Source: Candidatus Dadabacteria bacterium
GTDB taxonomy: Bacteria > Desulfobacterota_D > UBA1144 > Nemesobacterales > CSP1-2
Length of the DNA stretch: 24,051 bases
NCBI GenBank assembly: GCA_040289575.1
Contig: PSLL01000001.1
Location: 89,818-113,868, forward strand
Direction of reading: 5' to 3'
Position numbers and translations under genes: made by a program. The notes under the pieces were generated by a model. It did no database searches. It was not told the DNA's origin and saw only the letters and a list, made by a program, of their open reading frames with translations. Positions within the stretch are counted from its first letter, which is position 1; the number at the start of each line of letters is the position of its first letter. This document shows, in pieces, positions 9,430-19,366 of the stretch.

Positions 9430-10623
9430 ATGAATTTAATTTCTATAGACGAATTGGATGTAAGAGAAAAAAGGGTTTTTATAAGGGCTGATTTTAATGT
9501 TCCAATTGTCAATGGACAAATCTTAGACGATACAAAAATCTTTGCCGCTCTACCTACGATTGAATATGCTTCCAAAGAAAAGGCAAGAGTAATAATTGCC
9601 TCTCATCTTGGAAGACCCGGTGGAAAACTAAGGCCCAAACTCACGCTTGAGCCTGTAGGGAGAAGGCTCTCAGAGATTCTCAAACGCGAGATATTCTTCC
9701 CCGAAGACTGCATAGGGGATGTGGTAAAGAAGATTGCGGGAGACCTTGCTCCAGGCGGCATTATGCTTCTTGAAAATCTGAGATTTCATAAAGGAGAAGA
9801 AGAAAACGACCCTAAGTTTGCAAAGAGGCTTGCCCAAGTAGCCGATGTTTATGTAAATGAGGCGTTCTCGGTCTCTCATAGGCTTCATGCCTCGGTTGTC
9901 GGCATATTGGATTTTATAGAGACGGCGTGTGTGGGGCTTGGTTTTAAAAATGAGATTAAAAATCTAACCCGGCTTATTGAAAACCCCAAGCATCCTTTTA
10001 TAGCTGTGTTTGGCGGTCGGAGCGCGCAAGAGAAGATTCCGATTATGGAGAGCCTTTTAGACAAGGTAGATGCAATCCTAGTCGGGGGAGCGGTGTCCAA
10101 TACATTCCTCAAGGTCCTTGGGAAAGAGATAGGAAAATCTGCTGTGGATGAGATTGCTCTATACAGTGCATCGAGGTTTATTTCCTCCGCGAGCGCGCGA
10201 GGAATTAGAGTAGTCCTTCCTCAGGACTTTATGGTTGTAAGAGGTTCTTTAAACAAATACTCTGCTCCATTTGTGACCCCTGCTGGGGTATTTTCCAAGG
10301 ATGGGGTAGCGGCAGACATCGGACCAAAAACGATAGATGATTTTGCTCTTAGGCTCTCAAGGGCAAAGACTATATTTTGGAACGGGCCTCTTGGCATTTA
10401 CGAGAATGAGGATTTTATAGGGGGAACGAAGGCGGTGGCTCAAGCCGTGGGTGCATCGGGTGCTTTTAGCGTTGCCTCAGGGTGGGATACCGTTTTGGCA
10501 ATTAAAAAAATGGGTTTTTCAGGGGCAATTACACATCTCTCCACCGGTGGCAGGGCGAGTCTGGAGTTTGTCGGAGAAAGGAGGCTCCCCGCACTTGAGG
10601 CCCTGGAGAAGAGGTTTAAATGA
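9430..10623 (+). CDS. pgk: Phosphoglycerate kinase homolog with degenerate catalytic motifs
   Basis: RADFNVP, SHLGRP, LLENLRF, DIGPKT, WNGP; ATGA overlap with tpiA. Confidence 0.88.
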   Translation: MNLISIDELDVREKRVFIRADFNVPIVNGQILDDTKIFAALPTIEYASKEKARVIIASHLGRPGGKLRPKLTLEPVGRRLSEILKREIFFPEDCIGDVVKKIAGDLAPGGIMLLENLRFHKGEEENDPKFAKRLAQVADVYVNEAFSVSHRLHASVVGILDFIETACVGLGFKNEIKNLTRLIENPKHPFIAVFGGRSAQEKIPIMESLLDKVDAILVGGAVSNTFLKVLGKEIGKSAVDEIALYSASRFISSASARGIRVVLPQDFMVVRGSLNKYSAPFVTPAGVFSKDGVAADIGPKTIDDFALRLSRAKTIFWNGPLGIYENEDFIGGTKAVAQAVGASGAFSVASGWDTVLAIKKMGFSGAITHLSTGGRASLEFVGERRLPALEALEKRFK

Positions 10624-11372
10624 GAAAAAGGCTTATTATTGGGAATTGGAAGATGAATATGTTGAGGCAAGAAGCAGCGGAGCTTGCCCGAAGGCTCTGT
10701 GGGACTATTAGATCGAGCGACGTGGATGTTGTAATAGCCCCCCCATACACATCGCTTGAGGCCGTATATGAAGTGATTCAGGGCACTAACATAGGCCTCG
10801 GCGCTCAGGATGTCTTCTGGGAAAACTCAGGAGCATTTACAGGTGAGATTTCTCCGTATATGCTTATTGACGCAGGATGTAGGTGGGTAATTATCGGGCA
10901 TTCAGAAAGAAGGGTCATCCTGGGTGAGACCGACGATATGGTACGCAAAAAGGTCAGGGCTTCGCTCAGTTCGGGGCTTATTCCGGTATTGTGTGTGGGC
11001 GAGACCCTTGAAGAGAGGGAAAAGGGAAAGACAATGAGGGTGATAGATAGGCAGATAGAAAACGGGCTTAGAGACCTGAGTCTGGATACCCCAGATAAGA
11101 TTACAATTGCTTATGAGCCTGTATGGGCAATTGGAACCGGAAAGAATGCCACGCCTGAAGAAGCCGAAGAGGTTCACGGATTCATTCGAGAGAGGCTAAA
11201 GAGTAATTTTGGTAAGGTCGCGGATGGTGTGAGGATTCTATACGGTGGAAGTGTAGCCCCAGTGAATATAAAAGAGCTACTCTCCCCGCCTGATATAGAC
11301 GGCGCATTGGTAGGTGGAGCAAGCCTCGAAGCGGACTCTTTCGCAAAAATAGTTCAGTTAGCAGGAGAATAG
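10620..11372 (+). CDS. tpiA: Triosephosphate isomerase
   Basis: GNWKMN, GHSERR, AYEPVWAIGTG, YGGS and LVGGAS are all intact. Confidence 0.97.
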   Translation: MRKRLIIGNWKMNMLRQEAAELARRLCGTIRSSDVDVVIAPPYTSLEAVYEVIQGTNIGLGAQDVFWENSGAFTGEISPYMLIDAGCRWVIIGHSERRVILGETDDMVRKKVRASLSSGLIPVLCVGETLEEREKGKTMRVIDRQIENGLRDLSLDTPDKITIAYEPVWAIGTGKNATPEEAEEVHGFIRERLKSNFGKVADGVRILYGGSVAPVNIKELLSPPDIDGALVGGASLEADSFAKIVQLAGE

Positions 11373-11378
11373 GTCAAA

Positions 11379-11810
11379 TTGGGTATAATCATAATAGCCA
11401 TAAAGGCGATTCATATCATTGTAAGTATCCTTCTTATCATCACAGTCCTCCTTCAGCCCGGAAAGGGCGACGATTTGGGAACTATATTCGGAGGGTCGAG
11501 TCAATCAATCTTTGGAGCAAGTGGTGCGGTTCCGTTTCTTACTAAGGTCACGAGGGTTCTCGCGGTTGTCTTTATAATCACATCGCTCTCGCTCGGGTAT
11601 TTCTCTGCAAAGGGCATAAGGTCTTCGGTAATAGAAGAATCGGGACCCCCGCCTAATCAGGAGTTGGTGATTCCCCCTCAGAAGAATCAACCCTCAACCT
11701 CTCCTATATCGCAAGGCTCCCCAAGCCCGAAGAATGAGAAAGAGTCTGCCTTCAAAGGATTAGCTCAGACACCAAAACCACAAGTCAAACCTCAGAAGGG
11801 GTCTAAATGA
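11379..11810 (+). CDS. secG: Preprotein translocase subunit SecG with Pro/Ser-rich tail
   Basis: VLLQPGKG...FGG...FLTKVT pattern with two TM helices; conserved position after tpiA. Confidence 0.9.
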   Translation: MGIIIIAIKAIHIIVSILLIITVLLQPGKGDDLGTIFGGSSQSIFGASGAVPFLTKVTRVLAVVFIITSLSLGYFSAKGIRSSVIEESGPPPNQELVIPPQKNQPSTSPISQGSPSPKNEKESAFKGLAQTPKPQVKPQKGSK

Positions 11811-11851
11811 GTGATGAACATTATAAAACACCGATATGGAGGGGATGATTG

Positions 11852-12484
11852 ATGGGCATAATCGATTCCATATTCGGAAAGAAAAAGGAGGAAAAAATCA
11901 AAGACCCTGTGAAACTTTGGTCGGCTGATAATCCCATCGCGCTTTTCAATTCCGGCATTCAATTTTATGATAGCGGGAATTACGGAAGGGCAGAGGATGA
12001 ATTTAGAAAGCTCCTCAGACTGAACCCGGAACACAAAGAAGCGCATTATTATCTGGGGAGGATTTACGAAATTAGGGCACAGGACAACGAGGATTTTGAG
12101 TCTATGGAAGAGGCGATGAATAAATACCAGGAAGCCATAAAGATAGACCCAGATTATATTGATGCACGCATTAGACTGGGAGGGCTTTACGTAAAGAGCG
12201 GTTTTTATGAAGGCGCAATGCGCGAGTTAGAGAATGCTCTCAGAATAAATCCCAATTCAGCGGAAGCGCACGCCGCGATGGGGAATGCCTATTACACAAT
12301 AGGCATGGGCAAGGAAATAAAGGTTGAGCATCCGGCCGGCGTGGGGGCGACGAGTGATTTTAAGGGGGCTAAGGAGTACTACAGAAGGGCTGTAGAGGAA
12401 TTTAATGAGGCAATAAGGCTTGCCCCGCATCTATCCGACAAACTGCTGCCCCTGATCCAGAAGGTGAGTCAAAAGGCCAGATAA
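11852..12484 (+). CDS. Tetratricopeptide repeat protein
   Basis: Repeated TPR patterns (LNPEHKEAHYYLG, IDPDYIDARIRLG, INPNSAEAHAAMG); GGAGG RBS. Confidence 0.88.
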   Translation: MGIIDSIFGKKKEEKIKDPVKLWSADNPIALFNSGIQFYDSGNYGRAEDEFRKLLRLNPEHKEAHYYLGRIYEIRAQDNEDFESMEEAMNKYQEAIKIDPDYIDARIRLGGLYVKSGFYEGAMRELENALRINPNSAEAHAAMGNAYYTIGMGKEIKVEHPAGVGATSDFKGAKEYYRRAVEEFNEAIRLAPHLSDKLLPLIQKVSQKAR

Positions 12485-12613
12485 TCCCTGACTTAGCCTG
12501 CTATCATTTGCAAGTAGTGGTGAACCTTAATCTTATCTTCTAGTATCAAATTGCGGGGGTGTTTGCCTAAAATCAGTGCCCCTAAGGTTGTAGTGGCTAT
12601 AAGGGTATGAGAC

Positions 12614-12642
12614 TTGCATGTTCGGCGCGAGTTTGGTATATT
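12614..12642 (+). promoter_or_regulatory. sigma70 promoter of the ferredoxin gene
   Basis: TTGCAT-N17-TATATT with extended -10 TG. Confidence 0.6.
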
Positions 12643-12668
12643 AGCTTTAAGTTTCAAGGAGGTAAAAT

Positions 12669-12938
12669 ATGGCATACATTATTGCAGAACCCTGTATCGG
12701 TGTTAAGGATAGGGCCTGTGTTGATGCTTGTCCTGTGGATTGTATTTACGAGGGTGAAGATCAGCTTTTTATCCATCCGGATGAGTGCATAGACTGCGGT
12801 GCATGTGTTGATCCCTGTCCTGTAGATGCTATATACCATGAGGATGAACTTCCGGATAAGTGGAAGAGCTTTATAGATAAGAATAAGAACTTCTTTTTAG
12901 GCAAAAGTGGGCTCACTCCAGCACAACGCAAAGGATAA
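12669..12938 (+). CDS. Dicluster (7Fe-type, FdxA-like) ferredoxin
   Basis: C-x7-C-x3-CP followed by CxxCxxCxxxCP; AAGGAGG RBS. Confidence 0.93.
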   Translation: MAYIIAEPCIGVKDRACVDACPVDCIYEGEDQLFIHPDECIDCGACVDPCPVDAIYHEDELPDKWKSFIDKNKNFFLGKSGLTPAQRKG

Positions 12939-13016
12939 CCTAACTGATTTAGCTGTTCTGGGTATTCGGTTAGAACATTATATCGGGTCTAAAAACATCT
13001 TATTAGAAATTAGGGG

Positions 13017-13047
13017 AGGGGATATGTTTGAGGCATATCCCCTTTTT
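13017..13047 (+). terminator. Rho-independent terminator
   Basis: AGGGGATATG-loop-CATATCCCCT stem followed by a T run. Confidence 0.8.
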
Positions 13048-13122
13048 AGTTTATTATAGCCATAGAGAGGGTAGGGTTCATAAAGGCTTCTCCATACTCT
13101 CAAGTTATTTTATTCGTGACAA

Positions 13123-13797
13123 TTGAAAAAGAAAAAAGCAACTTCTCAGTATGAATGTTTAGATGCCAAAAAGAAGAGATTAGAAGGCATAATATCAATC
13201 CTTCATGGGGAATATCCGAATTCTAAATGTCATCTGAATTACCGAAATCCATTGGAGCTCCTCATTGCAACGATTCTCTCGGCCCAGTGCACAGATGAAA
13301 GGGTCAATCAGGTAACAAGAGGTCTTTTTAAGAAGTACAAAACGGCTGAGGATTACGCCTCTGCGAATCGGGAAGAGTTAGAAAACGACATCCGCTCTAC
13401 TGGATTTTTTAGAAACAAGGCAAGGGCAATAATGGGCTGTTGCAAGGCTCTGGCTGAGAAATACGGCGGTGCGGTTCCTAAATCAATGGAAGAGCTTATT
13501 CAGCTTGACGGGGTGGGGAGGAAAACGGCAAATGTTGTTTTGGGCAATGCCTTTGGGATTCCCGGAATCATTGTAGATACCCATGTAAAGAGGCTTGCCA
13601 GAAGGCTCGGGCTCTCATGCAAGTCCGACCCGGATAAAATCGAAGCCGACCTTATGAATTTGGTTCCCAAGCATGAGTGGACATATTTCTCCAATGCCAT
13701 TAGTGATCACGGCCGCCTGATATGTCGGGCAAGAAAGCCTCTGTGTCCGAAATGTAAAATTAATCATCTCTGCCCTTCAGTCGATTTGAGCGATTAG
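13123..13797 (+). CDS. nth: Endonuclease III
   Basis: LSAQCTD, HhH GVGRKTANVVL, VDTHV, C-x6-C-x2-C-x5-C cluster motif. Confidence 0.96.
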   Translation: MKKKKATSQYECLDAKKKRLEGIISILHGEYPNSKCHLNYRNPLELLIATILSAQCTDERVNQVTRGLFKKYKTAEDYASANREELENDIRSTGFFRNKARAIMGCCKALAEKYGGAVPKSMEELIQLDGVGRKTANVVLGNAFGIPGIIVDTHVKRLARRLGLSCKSDPDKIEADLMNLVPKHEWTYFSNAISDHGRLICRARKPLCPKCKINHLCPSVDLSD

Positions 13798-13850
13798 ATG
13801 GATCAAGCAGATTGGATAGCTTGAGTGATTATCAAAAGCTCCAAGAGGAA

Positions 13851-15581
13851 TTATGCCTCTAGTTTGAAGCGTGTTTCAGCTAGACGGTAAAGCCTTCGCC
13901 ACACAAGCCGATTGATAGTTACCACCATTGTGGCCATCACAATGGTGGCTGCGAGCAACTGATCAAAGTTCCCTGCGTCGGTAGCCCGGCTGATGATTGC
14001 TCCAAGGCCGATGGTTGATAGTGTCTGGCCTTTGAAATGAAAGTATTCAGCAACGATGCTTGCATTCCACGCGCCACCCGCTGCCGTTACCATCCCCGTG
14101 ATAAGGTAGGGAAATATGCCCGGCAATATCAGCAGTCGCCAGCGCTCTACAAGACCGAAGTGGAAGATGCGGGCTGCTTCTTTTAGATCATTTGGAATGG
14201 CTATTGCTCCCGCGATCACGTTAAATAGGATGTACCACTGAGTGCCGAGCAGCATCAGCAACACTGAGCCGAGACCTAAACCTCCACCTGCGCGAATTAG
14301 CACCAGTAGCACTACTGGAAAGAGTGCTGTTGCCGGTACAGAAGCAGCAATCTGAGCCAGCGGCTGTGCCACGCGTGCCAAGCGTGGATTAAAACCGATT
14401 GCTACCCCAACGGGAATTGTCCAGGCTGCACCGATGATCAATGCTCCATTGACGCGCAGTAATGTGGCAACTGCCCCGCGCACAATCTCTTCGATCTCTG
14501 GTCTCGTCAGGGTTGCTATTGTCAGAGTGGCACGCACTAAACCGTAGCCGATCGCCGCCAAAAGCACTAAGGTCAGTATTCGTGTCATCCGCATCTGCCA
14601 GGCTGTAGGCTCGTTGAACTGCTTAGGTCTGCTGGCATGATGTGCAAAAAAGAGCGTTAGGCGCTCACTTAAAGGCTCAAAGGCTTGTCGTTTGAAATAC
14701 GCCAGGATGGTTGACTGACGCAGTAGCCCGATCAGGGCCGAGCGTGGTACATCGGCGCTTTCTACCTGCTCGAATTTAAACTTATCAGCCCAGGCTATGA
14801 CAGGACGCCACACCAATTGGTCGAGCAGCACGATGACACCGATCATTGCACTGAGTCCCCACAGGATAGCACGTGTATCGCCAGCACTGGCCGCTATCTG
14901 TAAGTACGAGCCCAGTCCGGGCAGGCGAAAGTCGCGCTTACCGAGCACAAACATCTCGCATGCCATAAGAAAAAACCACCCACCTGCTATGGACATCATT
15001 GAGTTCCACACCAGCCCGATTGTTGCGTAAGGTAGTTCAAGCTGTGTGAGGCGTTGCCACCAACTGAAGCGATATATGCGCGCCGCTTCATATAGTTCAC
15101 GCGGAATATTCTTGAGTGATGTATAGAAGCTGAATACCATGTTCCAGACCTGGCCAGTGAATATGAGCAGAATCGAGCCAAGCTCAATGCCAAGCTGGCT
15201 ATGAGGAAAGAGTGCTACCATCGCAAGCATCACACCAGGCAAGAAGCTAAGGACGGGGATTGATTGCAGTATGTCGAGTATCGGAATCATGATACGCTCA
15301 GCCTTGGTGTTGTATGCAGCAATATAGCCATATACAAGTGTGAATATAAGGCTAAGCGCATAGGCGACAGCCAAGCGCACAAGCGAATAGACGGCATAAA
15401 GAGGTAGCGCCGATGGATGGCGTGAGATCGAGGCCACAGGGGTAATCGGACCAAGCCATGTGTGTGCTAATACGAGAATGCCATAAAAGAGTGCCAGCCC
15501 CGCACCGAAGATCAACACCTCAGTCAACAGAGGCCACGTGCGTTTTTGAAATATAGCTTTTCCTAATGTCGTTAATGTCAT
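13851..15581 (-). CDS. NitT/TauT-family ABC permease with two fused permease domains
   Basis: Two EAA loops (ELYEAARIY, DLKEAARIF) and about 12 hydrophobic segments. Confidence 0.9.
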   Translation of the reverse strand: MTLTTLGKAIFQKRTWPLLTEVLIFGAGLALFYGILVLAHTWLGPITPVASISRHPSALPLYAVYSLVRLAVAYALSLIFTLVYGYIAAYNTKAERIMIPILDILQSIPVLSFLPGVMLAMVALFPHSQLGIELGSILLIFTGQVWNMVFSFYTSLKNIPRELYEAARIYRFSWWQRLTQLELPYATIGLVWNSMMSIAGGWFFLMACEMFVLGKRDFRLPGLGSYLQIAASAGDTRAILWGLSAMIGVIVLLDQLVWRPVIAWADKFKFEQVESADVPRSALIGLLRQSTILAYFKRQAFEPLSERLTLFFAHHASRPKQFNEPTAWQMRMTRILTLVLLAAIGYGLVRATLTIATLTRPEIEEIVRGAVATLLRVNGALIIGAAWTIPVGVAIGFNPRLARVAQPLAQIAASVPATALFPVVLLVLIRAGGGLGLGSVLLMLLGTQWYILFNVIAGAIAIPNDLKEAARIFHFGLVERWRLLILPGIFPYLITGMVTAAGGAWNASIVAEYFHFKGQTLSTIGLGAIISRATDAGNFDQLLAATIVMATMVVTINRLVWRRLYRLAETRFKLEA

Positions 15582-15630
15582 ATTTAAACCTGCTTCTTGT
15601 GTATGAGGGGATCTAGGCTATTAGATGATA

Positions 15631-16935
15631 CTAAGACTCGGTCAGAAAGAGCAGCTTGCTCCCAGCATCATAGTCGAATATCTCAGCATAGCGTCCCCAG
15701 TTAATCGCGGTTTCGAGTTGCCGTTGAACCTCTTTCTCACTGAAGTGCTTCTCGAGAATATCGTAAAAGAATTCGTCAGGAAGTGTGCGGTCCGATTTAG
15801 CCCGCAGTGCGTGTTCGATCTGACGAAGCAAAGGCACGTGCTTGAGTGCCGCCTCACGAAAGAGAACCTTCCGTGTGAGAATATCAGCTTCAACGAAAGT
15901 CCGGCCTTCAGGTGTAAGCTCTACATCGCCTTCGTACAAACGGATAAAGTTAAGCAGCGAAGCCGCTTCAATGATTGGCAGCAGATCATCTACTTCCATC
16001 ACCAATTCATCTGCAAGACGATGGAGATCATCGTGTCCACCTCGATCAAGCAGAATCTCGAGTAAGCCAGCAAGACCACCCGGTCGTGCATGGGGCAACA
16101 TTGGATACTTTTTATCAATTTGCTCAGCAGTCGTGGTCAGCGGTGGTTGCTCAACCTGTGGTTTTGTGAGCACTTTATATATGTAATCAACAAGTTCTAT
16201 GAACCGCTCTGATTGGTGCTCACGCGGGTGCGTAAGTTGAACCGCGAAGTCGGTGCGGATTCGTGCCGGGTTCCGGTCAAGCACAATGATTCGGTCGGCA
16301 AGAAATACTGCCTCTTCAATGTTGTGGGTTACGATGAAGATCGCACGCGTTGGTATCTTCTTGTTGAGCCACAGCTCAAGGAGCTCACCGCGCAGGTTTT
16401 CTGCAGTCAGGACATCAAGGGATGAGAAAGGCTCATCCATGAAAAGGACTTCGGGTTCAATTACCAACGCCCTGGCGAAGCCCACGCGTTGCTTCATCCC
16501 CCCCGAGAGCTCTTTCGGATAGGCTGTCTCAAAACCATCTAAGCCGACTGTATCTAGGATCTTTAACGCCCGCTTGCGTCGTTCAATAGCACCGATTCCC
16601 CGTGCCTTTAGTGGGGCTTCAACGTTCTCCAGCACCGTGAGCCAAGGGAAGAGGGCGAAACTTTGAAAGACAATGGCGACGTTAGGAATCTGACCATCAA
16701 TCGGGTATCCGTGCCACAGCACTTCACCTGCGGATGGGGGTGCAAGCCCACTTAGTATACGTAGGAGCGTAGATTTACCACAACCAGACGGGCCGAGTAT
16801 AGCGACAATCTGATCAGGATAGATAGCCAAATTGGTCGGCGCAATAACCTCGATGCGATGCCCATCCGGTTGAGAGTAGAATTTTTCCACCGCACGCGCT
16901 TCAATGATAGGCTCTTGTGATTTATTTACGCACAC
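15631..16935 (-). CDS. NitT/TauT-family ABC ATPase with C-terminal AAA-associated domain
   Basis: GPSGCGKS, LSGGMKQR, FMDEPF, VTH, plus a C-terminal extension of about 170 aa ending INWGRYAEIF. Confidence 0.92.
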   Translation of the reverse strand: MCVNKSQEPIIEARAVEKFYSQPDGHRIEVIAPTNLAIYPDQIVAILGPSGCGKSTLLRILSGLAPPSAGEVLWHGYPIDGQIPNVAIVFQSFALFPWLTVLENVEAPLKARGIGAIERRKRALKILDTVGLDGFETAYPKELSGGMKQRVGFARALVIEPEVLFMDEPFSSLDVLTAENLRGELLELWLNKKIPTRAIFIVTHNIEEAVFLADRIIVLDRNPARIRTDFAVQLTHPREHQSERFIELVDYIYKVLTKPQVEQPPLTTTAEQIDKKYPMLPHARPGGLAGLLEILLDRGGHDDLHRLADELVMEVDDLLPIIEAASLLNFIRLYEGDVELTPEGRTFVEADILTRKVLFREAALKHVPLLRQIEHALRAKSDRTLPDEFFYDILEKHFSEKEVQRQLETAINWGRYAEIFDYDAGSKLLFLTES

Positions 16936-16942
16936 TTAGGGG

Positions 16943-16970
16943 ATTTTACCTTGGGTGCCAGTCAAGTCAA
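16943..16970 (-). promoter_or_regulatory. sigma70 promoter of the ABC transporter, probably leaderless
   Basis: TTGACT-N16-TAAAAT, then 7 nt to the GTG at 16935. Confidence 0.55.
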
Positions 16971-17158
16971 TGAGAAGTTCCATTAAACCTTTTTACATAC
17001 CGTAAATCTCTTCATAATGGTATCATTGTTTTTTTTCAAGTGCCGATGAATCTGAAGAAGTTTTTCGATTATTATTCTCTTAACATATCATTTGTAGCAT
17101 AGTATTATTTAATACTTGGCTTTTTCCTATCGGGCTATGAATAATAGGAAAACCACAT

Positions 17159-18103
17159 GTGTCAAATGGAAACTGGATTATGAATAGGTATTACAATTCT
17201 TATAGCACATATTTAAGGGAAAAATTTGGCTGCCGGGTCCATAAGGTTTCGGTGGACGTTGGATTTACTTGTCCAAATAGAGATGGTGCCGTGACCATTG
17301 GAGGTTGTGTGTATTGCAACAATGACAGCTTTGTTCCTCAATACGCCCGGTCGCGTGTTTCTCTTCATAATCAGATTAGGATCGGAATGGAATATTTAAA
17401 GAAGAGATTCAAAGCTGAGAAATTTATAATCTACTTTCAAGCCTATACGAATACATATGATAAGGTCGAAAAACTCGAAAAAATATATAGGAAGGCACTT
17501 GAACATGATGGCGTAGTAGGCCTTGCCATAGGCACGAGGTCTGACTGTGTAGACGAGGAAAAGATAAAGCTGTTTGAAACCCTCTCCAGAGATTGGTTTG
17601 TAACGCTTGAGTATGGGATTGAGTCAATCTACGATAAGACATTGAAGCTTATGAATAGAGGACATGACTATCAATCTGTTCTCAATGCGATTCGGATTAC
17701 AAAAGATAGGGGGATACATATCGGCGCCCATATAATTGTCGGATTCCCAGGTGAAACCCAGGATGAAATGCTCAGGATGGCTGATGAAATATCAAAACTG
17801 GGCATTGATTTCCTAAAGATTCATAATCTCCATATCGTAAGGAATACCCCTCTTGCCAGAATGTATTTAAAAGAGCCATTTCATCTCTTTACATATGATG
17901 AATACCTCGATTTTATTTCGTGTTTTCTTGAGCGTTTATCTCCTAAAATTGTATTAGAAAGACTTTTTACGGACACTCCTCAAGGCCTCCTTATAGCTCC
18001 GATATGGAATAAAACCCATGCCGAAATCCTCCGCGGAATTAATATAGAACTCCATAGGAGAGGTACATACCAGGGGAGATTATTTAAAGAAAACCCGGAT
18101 TAG
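17159..18103 (+). CDS. TIGR01212/YhcC-like radical SAM protein
   Basis: GFTCPNRDG...GGCVYC, YFQAYTNTY, IGTRSDC, MNRGHD. True start may be ATG 17180. Confidence 0.9.
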   Translation: MSNGNWIMNRYYNSYSTYLREKFGCRVHKVSVDVGFTCPNRDGAVTIGGCVYCNNDSFVPQYARSRVSLHNQIRIGMEYLKKRFKAEKFIIYFQAYTNTYDKVEKLEKIYRKALEHDGVVGLAIGTRSDCVDEEKIKLFETLSRDWFVTLEYGIESIYDKTLKLMNRGHDYQSVLNAIRITKDRGIHIGAHIIVGFPGETQDEMLRMADEISKLGIDFLKIHNLHIVRNTPLARMYLKEPFHLFTYDEYLDFISCFLERLSPKIVLERLFTDTPQGLLIAPIWNKTHAEILRGINIELHRRGTYQGRLFKENPD

Positions 18104-18220
18104 GTTGGGTCTTTTTCTATCTAAGCTCAACAAATTCTACACTCAAGAGGGATTAGAGAAAAGGCTTTTATATAATTCCCTTGACTTCGCCTGAGACTTG
18201 GGATTAAAACTTCTAATATT

Positions 18221-19324
18221 ATGGAAGAATGGAAATACTGGATTGCGCTAAAGATGGTTCAGGGTGTGGGAGAGGTTTTATTCAGGAACCTCATTTCTAA
18301 ATTCTATAGTCCTCAAAACGTGTTTAAAGCGCAAATAAGTGAAATTGAGAGGGTGGACGGAATCGGTAAGAAGACGGCTCAGGCAATAAAGGATTTTTCC
18401 GACTGGGATAGAGTTAAAGAAGAGGTCGAGAAGGTTAAAAAATCGGGTTTTAAATTGCTGCTTCTTACGGATACAAACTATCCGAGGAATCTTTTTAATA
18501 CATATAATCCCCCGCCTTTTCTCTATGTGAAGGGAGAAATTATTTCCGAAGATGACAATGCGATTGCTATCGTCGGAACAAGAATTCCCGACCGATACGG
18601 GAGGTCCGTTACGCAGAGGCTTGCGGAGGAACTCTCCCGAAGAGGCATCACCATAGTAAGCGGAATGGCGCGTGGAATTGATTCTCTTGCTCATGCGGGG
18701 GCGTTGAGAACGGGAGGAAGAACCATTGCCGTCCTGGGATCGGGTTTGGATGTTATCTATCCAGTGGAGAATAAAAAACTCTATGAAGAGATTTCAAACC
18801 GGGGGGCGGTTGTCTCAGAATTTCCTCTTGGAACCATTCCCGATTCTGTAAACTTTCCGAGAAGAAACCGAATCATAAGCGGTCTTTCTCTCGGTGTCAT
18901 TGTAGTTCAGGCCTCTGATAAGAGTGGTTCTCTTATTACAGCTTCTTTTGCGCTCGAGCAGAATAGAGAGGTGTTCGCCGTGCCGGGAAACATAGAGACC
19001 AAACTCAGTCGGGGAACAAACAAATTAATAAAAGAAGGGGCAAAGCTGGTCGAGTCGGTAGAAGATATACTAACCGAGATAGAGTCGCTTAGAAGGTTTA
19101 AAGAGGATAAATTCATATCTAATAGTACTGTTTCTCTCTCCGGCATTTCTAACGATGAAAAAGCGATTTATTCCGTGCTCAGAGATGAACCAATTCACAT
19201 TGATGAAATTACTAAGCTGACCGCAATGAGTCCGGCAAATGTGCTCTCAGTTCTTCTATCTCTGGAGCTTAGCGGTTTAATCACTCAGTTTCCGGGAAAG
19301 ATGTTTGGACTGAAGAAGCCATAA
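18221..19324 (+). CDS. dprA: DNA-processing protein DprA
   Basis: AIVGTR, IVSGMARGID, FPRRNRIISGLS, SGSLITA, VFAVPG, C-terminal winged-helix segment. Confidence 0.96.
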   Translation: MEEWKYWIALKMVQGVGEVLFRNLISKFYSPQNVFKAQISEIERVDGIGKKTAQAIKDFSDWDRVKEEVEKVKKSGFKLLLLTDTNYPRNLFNTYNPPPFLYVKGEIISEDDNAIAIVGTRIPDRYGRSVTQRLAEELSRRGITIVSGMARGIDSLAHAGALRTGGRTIAVLGSGLDVIYPVENKKLYEEISNRGAVVSEFPLGTIPDSVNFPRRNRIISGLSLGVIVVQASDKSGSLITASFALEQNREVFAVPGNIETKLSRGTNKLIKEGAKLVESVEDILTEIESLRRFKEDKFISNSTVSLSGISNDEKAIYSVLRDEPIHIDEITKLTAMSPANVLSVLLSLELSGLITQFPGKMFGLKKP

Positions 19325-19366
19325 TAAGTCGGATCTCTTATAACTTTAGCCTAGTATCGGGGTATA

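Noticed and set aside
10608..10630. Programmed -1 frameshift making a PGK-TPI fusion as in Thermotoga
   Set aside because: No in-frame X_XXY_YYZ heptamer, and the tpiA frame has TAA directly before its ATG; an ordinary ATGA overlap explains it.
11811..11850. tRNA-Leu often found after secG
   Set aside because: Only about 40 bp are available and there is no cloverleaf; no tRNA, rRNA or CRISPR array was seen in the window.
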